From Vulcanimicrobiaceae bacterium (GTDB lineage: Bacteria > Vulcanimicrobiota > Vulcanimicrobiia > Vulcanimicrobiales > Vulcanimicrobiaceae): DNA of 13,972 nucleotides. The position numbers were made by a program, and so were the translations under genes. Positions 1-9,351 of this stretch are shown here, one piece after another. The number at the start of each line of letters is the position of its first letter. Position 1 is the first letter of the stretch. Below the pieces are notes generated by a model that ran no database searches, was not told the DNA's origin, and saw nothing but the letters and a program-made list of their open reading frames with translations. Where the stretch lies: contig JBHEMM010000048.1 of NCBI GenBank assembly GCA_046262595.1, positions 1 through 13,972 on the forward strand, read 5' to 3'.

Positions 1-1
1 C

Positions 2-504
2 GGCATGACCGTGCCCGACGTGCTGTCGACGAACGCGCGCCTCAATTACTGGTACGCGCTCGCATTTCTCGTCGTATCCGCGATTCTGCTGTTCGGCCTC
101 TCACGCTCGGCGATCGGCCTCATCCTGCAGGCGAGCGGCCAAGATGCGACCGAGGCTCAGGCGCTGGGTTTCAACGTCACGAAGCACAAACTCGCGGCGT
201 TTTCCATCAGCGCGATTTTCTCCGGCATTGCCGGCGCCATGCTGATTTTCTACATGGGTGCCGCGTCGGTCGGAACGGTAATCGACATCGCCATCGGCGT
301 GCAGATCATCATCGGCGCGGTGCTCGGCGGCCGCCGCACCATCTTAGGCGCCGCGGTCGGCGCCGTGTTTTTGGTCGTGGCAACGGAGGTGTTGCGGCCG
401 CTGGGTCAGCTCAATACGTTCGTCGTCGCCGCGGTCGCGCTGGCTGTGATTTTGTTCTTTCCCGGTGGGCTGCTGGGCAACGTGCTGCGTCCACGAGAGA
501 GCGA

Positions 505-508
<4 letters not shown>
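2..508 (+). CDS. livM: Branched-chain amino acid (LIV-type) ABC transporter permease, LivM-like; 5'-partial
   Basis: Hydrophobic helices and LivM-type motifs (QDATEAQALGFNVTKHKLAAFSISAIFSGIAGAM; VLGGRRTILGAAVGA; FFPGGLLG). The frame is open from the window edge. Its TGA overlaps the TTG start of the downstream ATPase. Confidence 0.9.
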
Positions 509-1970
<1,462 letters not shown>

Positions 1971-1974
<4 letters not shown>

Positions 1975-2468
1975 TGCTCGTGAAAACGAACGCGTTGCAG
2001 TTGAGTGACGCAGAACGCATTGCGGAAATCGACAAGCGTGTTGTGACGATGGAGCGCATGTTTCTGCAGTGGGCACAGCGCGCGAAGGCCGGCTATCGCT
2101 TTTTCAACAGCGCAACGATCATCTTTGGTGCCGCCGTACCCGTGATCGTCTTACTCGCGCCGCTGCTTGGATCGGACGGCCATGCTCCGTGGGTGCCCGC
2201 AGTCGCCGGCATTCTTGGTGCGCTGGCGACGCTCAGCAAGTCGATTGACTCCTTGTACAAGAATCACGAGACGTGGCTGCGCAATAACGACGCATACGCC
2301 AAGCTCAAGAGCGAGCATTTCCTATTTTACGAACGCGCCGGGCCCTACAAAACCTTGCAGGCCGAAGATCCGATCGCGACGTACGCGGAACGAGTCGAGG
2401 CCGTGATCGGTTCGGAGACGACGCAATGGTCGGGCGCCGAAAAAGCGCCGCTGGGCGATCAACGCTAG
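1971..2468 (+). CDS. DUF4231 / SLATT-like two-transmembrane protein, 165 aa
   Basis: The likely start is ATG 1971 (ATGA overlap with the ATPase stop), not 1521. Two hydrophobic segments (ATIIFGAAVPVIVLLAPLL; WVPAVAGILGALATL) are followed by the DUF4231-like tail HETW..LKSEHFLF..GPY..ERVEAVI..E...W. Confidence 0.8.
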
Positions 2469-2473
2469 CCCCG

Positions 2474-3700
2474 CTACGTGCGAGCGTTCGCCGGCGCGGC
2501 GCCGCCGTTTTGCAAAATCAAATGCATCGCTGCAAAGTCGAGCGTCACGGCGTAGTGTTCCAGGTAGCTGTGCGACACGATTCCGGCGCTCGTGAACGGA
2601 AACGTTTGCAACGGTGATCCCGACGGCGTGTAAACGCCCGGGATATCACGCTGGCACGCCGTCGACAAACAAAGTTTGTCGGCGACCACGGGGATAAATT
2701 TGACTGGCCCACCGCCGCCGATGCCGGTTTGCTCTTTGTCCGGAAACGTGCGCACCTTGGCTGCGGCGATCGTGCTCGTTTCGGGCGCGAATCCGCTGCC
2801 CGCCAAGCCGGAATCGATAAAGAACAACTGCTTCGCAAGATCATTCACACTGCCGCGCGCGAAGATGAAGTGATCGCCGACAAGCCACATCGGCATCATG
2901 GTCGTTGAAGGGCCGGCACGCGCCGCGGCCGTGCGTGGCCGCAGAATCAGTTGATGGTTGGGGTAATCGATCGTCGATAGGAAGCGGGAGAGGAACACCG
3001 TCCCGACCACGCCATCCACGCGGCGGCTACCGAAGAACGGAAGATTGCGCGACGGCAAAATGTCGACCTTGAGATCGCGAAGCGTTATGGGCCCCACTTC
3101 CATCGACGGTAGGCTGGCTTGGCGGACTTGCGCCGTTTGACCGCCTGCAAAGGTTCCCATTTGGCCGGCGACCACGGTAAGACCCAGTTCTTTTGCAAAC
3201 TCCGGGTCGAGAACGACGTCCGGACCGCCCGTATCGAGAAGAAAGTTGCCCGCGCGTCCGCCAACGGTGAACTGCATGAGCGGGAGCGGTTCGCTCGCGA
3301 TAAACGGCACGGTTACGCCCGGAGCCGGTACGCCGAGCGCGGCAGCACTTGCGATGACGCGCCGGCGTTCCGCGATCGTTTGAACGAGCCGGGCGGCTAG
3401 CGCATGTTTCGGATCGGCCTTTAGGATGGCGTCCAATCTCGTTGATGCACCGTCCAGATCGTTTTCGTACAGCGACACGCGGGCAATCCCGAGTTCGGCG
3501 TCCGTATCGGTCGGATTTGTTTTCAGCGCCGCGGCGTATGCCGATTTCGCTGCAGTAAAATCCCCCAGTTTGAAGAGAGCGTCCGCCTGCGGTGCCGCCG
3601 CGCGGCTCGCTGTTGCATCGCACAGCAACAGCACCAACGCGAGGGCGGCTTTCGCCCCGCAATACTTCAAGAACTGCGACCAGTCATGTGTTCTCCTCAT
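2474..3700 (-). CDS. Secreted aspartyl protease: signal peptide, TPR repeats and two retropepsin-like domains
   Basis: Hydrophobic signal (AALALVLLLCDATASRAAA), TPR-like region (ADALFKLGDFTAAKSAYAAALKTNPTDTDAELGIARV), catalytic motifs FLLDTGG and FFIDSG, and GVVG..FL..F..TIDY. The start is uncertain (ATG 3700 or TTG 3670). Confidence 0.85.
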   Translation of the reverse strand: MRRTHDWSQFLKYCGAKAALALVLLLCDATASRAAAPQADALFKLGDFTAAKSAYAAALKTNPTDTDAELGIARVSLYENDLDGASTRLDAILKADPKHALAARLVQTIAERRRVIASAAALGVPAPGVTVPFIASEPLPLMQFTVGGRAGNFLLDTGGPDVVLDPEFAKELGLTVVAGQMGTFAGGQTAQVRQASLPSMEVGPITLRDLKVDILPSRNLPFFGSRRVDGVVGTVFLSRFLSTIDYPNHQLILRPRTAAARAGPSTTMMPMWLVGDHFIFARGSVNDLAKQLFFIDSGLAGSGFAPETSTIAAAKVRTFPDKEQTGIGGGGPVKFIPVVADKLCLSTACQRDIPGVYTPSGSPLQTFPFTSAGIVSHSYLEHYAVTLDFAAMHLILQNGGAAPANART

Positions 3701-3866
3701 GCCGATGCGATCGCGCCGATTGTTCTTCGTCCGATGCCACGCCGTGCTGCGACCTTGACGAGGGCCGGTCCGAACTATTCTCGCTGAATCGAAAGAAACC
3801 GGCGACGACACCCCTATGCTCCGCCTGGCCTCCCATGCTCACGTCGATTCGGGTACAACCGACTCG

Positions 3867-4604
3867 ATGGAAACGATCGCAATCACGACGCGCGACGGCA
3901 CGTGCCGGGCGTACACGTACCGGCCGGCCGGTGCGGGCCCATGGCCCGCAGTGCTTGTGTTCATGGACGGTCTGGGGATCCGGCCCGCAATGCTCGAGAT
4001 CGGCGAACGGCTCGCGACCTACGGCTATTACGTGCTGTTGCCGGATCTCTTCTACCGCTCCGGCGACTACGCCCCGATGGATGCGCACCACGTATTCGGC
4101 GATCCCGCGAAGCGCAAAGAGCTGATGGATAAGTTCGTCGCGCTCGCGACGCCGGCCAATATCATGTCGGATACGGCGGCGTTTCTCGCGCACCTCGAAG
4201 CGCAAGACGAGGTGAAACCGGGCCGCATCGGCACGACGGGGTATTGCATGGGTGGGTTGATGTCGCTGACCGCGGCCGGCACGTATCCCGAACGGATCGC
4301 TGCCGCCGCCTCATATCACGGCGGGCGCCTCGCGTCTGAGGCGCCCGACAGCCCGCACCGTCTCGCGGCACACATGCAGGCGCGGGTGTATGTTGCCGGC
4401 GCGATCGACGACGCGTCGTTTCCCGACGACATGAAGCAGCGGCTCGAGGATACGCTCAGCGCGGCAGGCGTCGCCCACACCGTCGAGACGTATCCGGCCA
4501 AGCACGGGTGGGTGTTGCGCGACATGCCGGTGTACGACGCCGCGGCGGCCGAGCACCATTGGCAGACGCTGCTCGCGCTGTTCGACGCAACGCTGAAACC
4601 GTAG
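3867..4604 (+). CDS. Dienelactone hydrolase family protein (alpha/beta hydrolase)
   Basis: Nucleophile elbow GYCMGG, LLPDLFYR, candidate catalytic Asp (DDASFP) and His (AKHGW). ATG 3867 fits the usual family N-terminus better than 3816. Confidence 0.92.
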   Translation: METIAITTRDGTCRAYTYRPAGAGPWPAVLVFMDGLGIRPAMLEIGERLATYGYYVLLPDLFYRSGDYAPMDAHHVFGDPAKRKELMDKFVALATPANIMSDTAAFLAHLEAQDEVKPGRIGTTGYCMGGLMSLTAAGTYPERIAAAASYHGGRLASEAPDSPHRLAAHMQARVYVAGAIDDASFPDDMKQRLEDTLSAAGVAHTVETYPAKHGWVLRDMPVYDAAAAEHHWQTLLALFDATLKP

Positions 4605-4614
4605 CGTTCGCGGC

Positions 4615-4911
4615 TTACGCGGCGCGACGGCGGGCAGCCACCCACGCGGCCGCAGGCCACGTCTCGCGCCGTTCCGCGGTTTTGCGCTTTGTCGCGCGGT
4701 GCCACTCACGGCATTGCTTGCAGCGGTAAGTGACCTGATGCTTCGGGCAGCCGCGGCCGGCCTCGGAGCGTGAGGCATAGGCTATCTTCTCGGTGCCGTC
4801 GAGCCGCACGCAGCTGCGCGGGCGAACGGCGCGCGGCATCAGCACCTGCGTCCCGTTCGGCAGCGGGTGCGCGACGAAGACGACGTCGAGTTCGGCGAAC
4901 GGCAGCGGCAT
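4615..4911 (-). CDS. Small basic hypothetical protein with a putative Zn-binding motif (K-x2-Y-x4-EA...Y-x-C-x2-C-x2-WH), 98 aa
   Basis: Strong SD CAGGAGGT directly upstream of ATG 4911. The sequence contains SC..EKIAYASRSEA..CPKH..YRCKQCREWH. It ends convergently 10 bp from the hydrolase stop. Confidence 0.7.
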   Translation of the reverse strand: MPLPFAELDVVFVAHPLPNGTQVLMPRAVRPRSCVRLDGTEKIAYASRSEAGRGCPKHQVTYRCKQCREWHRATKRKTAERRETWPAAAWVAARRRAA

Positions 4912-5064
4912 GGGGACCTCCTGAACACAGGAAACCACGCACCTGTGCCATATGCTTGGCGCACTTGCCGGGAGGTGCGATGACGGTGAACACCGAGACC
5001 GCTCGTCGGGCGCCCCTCAGGAAGACGACGCGGCGTTAGGCGGATTCACGAAGCCGGCGCGCAT

Positions 5065-5420
5065 TCACCGTGTGAGGCCGATAAGTGCCGTCTGCGGCGT
5101 CGGAAGCAACGGCCCGAACTCGCTGCGCGTGAATCCGGCGCTGCGAACATCCGCTCGAACTCGGCGAGCGTGGACGCATCGCCGTTCGGGGCGGTCGTCA
5201 ACATCGTGTAGGCGAAACCTGCACGGAATGGGTGGAGAAACGCGGTCCGCGTCCGGCACGAACTCGACCGCGATGGCCGTGCCGCCTGGTTTGAGTGCGG
5301 CGCGAACCTTGCTCAACAGTTCCCACATTGCGCGCGATACCGAGCGTTCTCTTTTGCAAGCAAGTCGCACTTCACGAGGAAATCGCATAAAGTGCGCACC
5401 CCGCGTTCCGACAGGTTCAT
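5065..5420 (-). pseudogene. Decayed class I SAM-dependent (O-)methyltransferase: dimerisation-domain fragment fused to the C-terminal fragment
   Basis: N-terminal fragment NLSERGVRTLCDFLVKCDLLAKENARY joins directly to ..RAQC/ELLSKVRAALKPGGTAIAVEFVPDADRVSPPIP/AGFAYTMLTTAPNGDASTLAEFERMF/SAGFTRSE. Three frameshifts are needed (~5323, ~5223, ~5144). No glycine-rich SAM-binding motif remains. Confidence 0.8.
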
Positions 5421-5610
5421 CGGCGGACGGTGGCGCGCAGGTTTGTGAGGAACAGTACGCTTGCCCTGTGATTCAACCCCGGCCTGACGCCGGCCACCGA
5501 TGCGCCGCGCCAACGTGGAATGCGGCTTGGAAGAGAACTGCTCGGCGGCACGAACGGAATGATGTTACCTTCGGCGGCCGTGCGCCGCCGTTCTTCGCTC
5601 GGGGGCATGA

Positions 5611-6657
5611 GTGAATCGATTGACGCGTGGAGACTTTGCTCGCTCGCTCGCGGCCGGCGCAGCGGCAGCCGCCGGTGCACCGCTTCTCGGCGCCGGGCCC
5701 GCGCCGTCGGGCGACGCCGCGGCGCTGTACGACGCCGCGAAAAAGGAAGGCAAGGTCGTGTGGTGGACGGCGCACTACGCGCAGGGCCCGGCCGAACGCG
5801 CGCGCGATGCGTTCATCAAGAAGTATCCGGGTATTGAAGTGGAGCTGCTGCGCCAGACGGCGCAAACGATTTTTCTGCGTCTCTCGCAAGGATTGAAATC
5901 CGGGGTGCACGAGGTCGACGTTTTTGCATCCACCGACGAAGCGCATTACCCCGTGCTCAAGAAGCAGGGTGCGCTCGTGGCGTATGCGCCGCCCGACATC
6001 CGTTCGCTCTCGAAACAGTTCGCCGCCTCTGATCCCGACAACACGTATCACACGGGCGCGATCGGTTTCGTGCTGATCAATTACGCGAAGAAAGTGACCG
6101 CGCCGCCGCGGCGCTGGACTGAGCTGACCGATGCGAAGTGGAAAGATCAGCTGACGACGGGCCATCCGGCGTTCAGCGGCTATGTCGGTCAATGGGTGCT
6201 CGCGATGAACGACAAGTACGGCTGGGATTACTTCAAGAAAATTGCCGCGAACAATCCGAAAATCGGCCGATCGGTCAACGACACCGTTGCGGACATCGTC
6301 TCGGGCGAACGCAGCGTGGGCGCGGGGCCCGACAACCTGAGCATCGAGCAGCGCAACGCCGGACGGCCCATCGACGTCGTCTTTCCGGAGGACGACGCGA
6401 TCGCGATCATCAGCCCCGTCGGCATCATCAAAGACTCGCCGCATCCGAACGCCGCCAAGCTCTTCGAGAACTTTTATTACAGCCGCGAATATTCTGCGGC
6501 GATGGCGCAAACAGCGAACTTCCCGCTGCGCGACGACGTGAAGAACGGCTCGGGCGTCGATCTTGCGAAGCTGAAGACGTATCGCAATAAGTCCGAGCGT
6601 TTGGCGGTCGGGGTGCCGGAGGTCATCGCCAAATGGCGTGAGACGTTCAACGTCTAG
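5611..6657 (+). CDS. ABC transporter extracellular solute-binding protein (Fe3+/polyamine/thiamine-like SBP family), Tat-like signal
   Basis: LYDAAKKEGKVVWW, FIKKYPGIEVE, PRRWTELTDAKWK, SPHPNAAKLF motifs. The N-terminus LTRGDFA plus an Ala-rich h-region resembles a Tat signal. Confidence 0.9.
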   Translation: MNRLTRGDFARSLAAGAAAAAGAPLLGAGPAPSGDAAALYDAAKKEGKVVWWTAHYAQGPAERARDAFIKKYPGIEVELLRQTAQTIFLRLSQGLKSGVHEVDVFASTDEAHYPVLKKQGALVAYAPPDIRSLSKQFAASDPDNTYHTGAIGFVLINYAKKVTAPPRRWTELTDAKWKDQLTTGHPAFSGYVGQWVLAMNDKYGWDYFKKIAANNPKIGRSVNDTVADIVSGERSVGAGPDNLSIEQRNAGRPIDVVFPEDDAIAIISPVGIIKDSPHPNAAKLFENFYYSREYSAAMAQTANFPLRDDVKNGSGVDLAKLKTYRNKSERLAVGVPEVIAKWRETFNV

Positions 6658-7861
6658 CGGCGGGCCGCTGACCGGCATTCGCGTCGTCGAAGTCGGCAAC
6701 TACCTCGCGGCGCCGTTCTGCGCCGCGCAACTCGCCGATTTGGGTGCCGACGTCATCAAGGTGGAAAATCCGGACGGCGGCGACATGTCGCGTCAAGCCG
6801 GTCCGTTTCTGGACGGCGAGAGCTCGGGCTTCGTGCGGCTCAACCGCAATAAGCGCAGCCTCGGGCTCGATCTGAAGTCGGAGCGCGGCAAGGAGCTGTT
6901 TCGCAAGCTGGCCGCGCAGAGCGACGTCGTCATCGAGAATTTGCGGCCGGGCACGATGACGCATTTGGGACTCGATTACGAGCCGTTGAGCGCGATCAAT
7001 CCGCGCCTTGTGTATTTTTCAGCATCCGGTTGGGGCCAGGACGGGCCGTACGCACAGCGGCCGGGCTTGGACATCATGGCGCAAGCGATGAGCGGACTGA
7101 TGAGCATCACCGGCGAGGAAGGCGGCAACCCCGTCAAGGTCGGCGTGCCGATCACCGATCTCGCGTGCGCGCTGTACGGCGCGCTCGCGATCGCCTCGGC
7201 GCTGTATGCGCGCGAGCAGACCGGCCGCGGCCAGCACATCGACGTCTGCCTGTTCGAGGCAGGCGTCGCGCTGTCGGTGTGGGAGGCTGGCAAGTACTTT
7301 GCGACCGGCGAAATTCCGCGCCGCAACGGATCCGCGCACCAAACGAGCGCGCCGTATCAGGCGCTGCGGTCGAGTGACGGATACTTCACCGTCGGTGCGA
7401 CGTCGCCCAAGACATGGACGGCGTTCTGCGCCGTACTCAAGATTGAGGATTTACGCGACGATCCGCGTTTCGCGCTCAACCGTTCGCGCAAAGAAAATCT
7501 CGACGAACTCCTGCCGCTGCTGGAAGCCGTTACGACGGCGCAGCCGACGGATCACTGGGTGACGGCGCTGCAAGCCGCCGGCGTGCCCTGCGAGCGGCTG
7601 CAGACGTACGATCAGGTCTACAACGATCCGCAGCTGACCGGCCGGCAATTTTTCAGCGACGTGCCGCACGCGAAGCTCGGCCCGATCCGCGTGATGGGTT
7701 CGCCGATGCGCTTTTCAGAGACGAAGGTCGCGATGCGCGCGGCCGCTCCGGTGCTCGGCGAGCACACAGCGGAAATTCTCAGCGATCTCGGCTGCCAGCC
7801 GAGCGAGGTGCACGACTTGATAAACGCCGGAATTGTTGCGGCCGCGACGGTGCACGCATGA
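6638..7861 (+). CDS. CaiB/BaiF family (class III) CoA-transferase
   Basis: PLTGIRVVE..LAAPF..LADLGADVIKVE, NRNKRS..LDLK, DVVIENLRPG, and the conserved catalytic Asp in PITDL. Overlaps the SBP stop by 20 nt. Confidence 0.95.
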   Translation: MRRSTSSGGPLTGIRVVEVGNYLAAPFCAAQLADLGADVIKVENPDGGDMSRQAGPFLDGESSGFVRLNRNKRSLGLDLKSERGKELFRKLAAQSDVVIENLRPGTMTHLGLDYEPLSAINPRLVYFSASGWGQDGPYAQRPGLDIMAQAMSGLMSITGEEGGNPVKVGVPITDLACALYGALAIASALYAREQTGRGQHIDVCLFEAGVALSVWEAGKYFATGEIPRRNGSAHQTSAPYQALRSSDGYFTVGATSPKTWTAFCAVLKIEDLRDDPRFALNRSRKENLDELLPLLEAVTTAQPTDHWVTALQAAGVPCERLQTYDQVYNDPQLTGRQFFSDVPHAKLGPIRVMGSPMRFSETKVAMRAAAPVLGEHTAEILSDLGCQPSEVHDLINAGIVAAATVHA

Positions 7862-8658
7862 GTACCGAGACCGCTGCCGCGGAAGCCGAGATCCTGACCG
7901 AACGCCGCGGCGCGGTACTATGGGTGACGTTCAACCGCCCGAGCGCGCGCAACGCGATGACGTGGTGGATGTACGACCGCATCCTGACGCTGTGCGACGA
8001 AATCGACGCCGACCCATTGCTGCGGGCGGTCGTGTTTACCGGCGCGGGCGAAAAAGCGTTCGTGGCCGGGACCGACATCTCGCAATTCCGCAACTTCTCG
8101 ACGGCGGATGACGTGCTGGGTTACGAAGCGCGCGTCGATCGCGTTTACAGCCGCGTCGAAGACATCAAAATCCCGACGATTGCCGCAATCAAAGGCGCCT
8201 GCACCGGCGGCGGCGCCGGCTTCGCCTCGGTATGCGATGTGCGCATCGCATCGCCCAGCTCAAAATTTGGCTTCCCGGTGGCACGCACGCTCGGCAATTG
8301 TCTTTCGATCAAGAATCTGTCGCGACTGGTATCGCTAATCGGCGCAACGCGAGTGAAAGAAATGGTCTTCACGGCGCGGCTCTTCACGGCTGCCGAAGCG
8401 TACGCAGGCGGCTTCTTGAACGAAGTCGCACCCGACGAAGGGTCGTTGCTGCCGCGCGCCGACGAACTCTCGCAAACAATCGCAGGCAATGCGCCGCTCA
8501 CGATACGCGCCACAAAGGAGGCTTTGCGGCGCCTCGCGCGCAGCTCGCCGCCGCCCGACGGATCGGACCTCATCACCGCATGCTATTTGAGCAACGATTT
8601 CCGGGAAGGCATTGAGGCATTCTTCGCTAAGCGCCCCGCCAATTGGACGGGAACGTAG
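7858..8658 (+). CDS. Enoyl-CoA hydratase/isomerase (crotonase) family protein, Glu-less subtype
   Basis: TFNRPSARNA, FVAGTDI, PTIAAIKGACTGGG, DFREGIEAFFAKRP. ATGA overlap with the CoA-transferase stop. Confidence 0.93.
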   Translation: MSTETAAAEAEILTERRGAVLWVTFNRPSARNAMTWWMYDRILTLCDEIDADPLLRAVVFTGAGEKAFVAGTDISQFRNFSTADDVLGYEARVDRVYSRVEDIKIPTIAAIKGACTGGGAGFASVCDVRIASPSSKFGFPVARTLGNCLSIKNLSRLVSLIGATRVKEMVFTARLFTAAEAYAGGFLNEVAPDEGSLLPRADELSQTIAGNAPLTIRATKEALRRLARSSPPPDGSDLITACYLSNDFREGIEAFFAKRPANWTGT

Positions 8659-8720
8659 TTCCGGGTCATCGCCCCCAAACGCTTCAGCAACGGCTCGATA
8701 AACCGGACAATCTTGTGACG

Positions 8721-9326
8721 ATGCGTTCCTCGAAACGCCTGTCGCCCGGCGACGCGCGCACGAAGCGGCACGTCTGGCGGTTGACGATCCGGCTTGCCGG
8801 GGTGATGCCGATTGTGTGGCGCACAATCCTCGTCCGTCCGGACACGAAGCTGGCAATGCTGCATCGCTACGCGCAAGCCGCGATGGGCTGGCGCGAGTGT
8901 CATGCGTTCGCGTTCACAATCGATGGGCGCACATACGGCATTCCGGACCGTGAATGGGCGGACGCGCCCAAAACCTACGACGCACGGCGCTATACGCTCG
9001 AGCGTCTCTTTTCGACATTTCCCGCACGATTCGACTACGTCTACGACTTTGGCGACTACTGGCAGCACCTCATTGAGATCGAGGGGGTGGAAGAACCGGA
9101 ATTTCGCAAGCAGTATCCGGTATGCATCGCCGGTGCCGAGCCATGTCCACCCGAAGATTGCGGCGGTCCGGGCGGTTATCGCGAATTCTTAGCCGTCTTG
9201 AACGAAGGGAGCCATCCACAGCATGCCGACTGGAGTGCATGGGCGAAGGGGCAGCAGTATCGTCGGGACTTTCGCCCGGAGACGGCAACCTGGACGATGC
9301 GGGACGTCCAGCGGGGCTACATTTGA
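8721..9326 (+). CDS. Plasmid pRiA4b ORF-3 family protein
   Basis: PIVWRTILV..L..LH..Q.AMGW..CH..AF, YVYDFGDYWQH.IEIE and PPEDCGGPGGY are hallmark motifs of this family. ATG at 8721. Confidence 0.9.
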   Translation: MRSSKRLSPGDARTKRHVWRLTIRLAGVMPIVWRTILVRPDTKLAMLHRYAQAAMGWRECHAFAFTIDGRTYGIPDREWADAPKTYDARRYTLERLFSTFPARFDYVYDFGDYWQHLIEIEGVEEPEFRKQYPVCIAGAEPCPPEDCGGPGGYREFLAVLNEGSHPQHADWSAWAKGQQYRRDFRPETATWTMRDVQRGYI

Positions 9327-9351
9327 GCCGCCGCAAATCACGGGAGGTATC

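Noticed and set aside
4990..5030. CTCAGG motif suggesting a glycine riboswitch (or CTGAG for TPP on the minus strand)
   Set aside because: The other conserved elements (GGAGA and CCGAAG; or the TPP CCTGA..AATGC..GGGA segment) are absent.
4985..5041. attC-like core GCCTAAC/GTTAGGC (5035-5041), plus AGCTAAC..GTTCGCG at 9831-9875, suggesting integron cassettes
   Set aside because: Partner ends do not fit GTTRRRY, L boxes are not convincing, the second element is too short, genes are not co-oriented, and there is no integron integrase.
5041..5137. 10-bp inverted repeat CGGATTCACG/CGTGAATCCG
   Set aside because: One arm is coding sequence (GFT) of the pseudogene, and the length is compatible with chance.
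4952..5614. 220-aa plus-strand ORF
   Set aside because: Antisense to the methyltransferase pseudogene, low complexity, and no SD or motifs.
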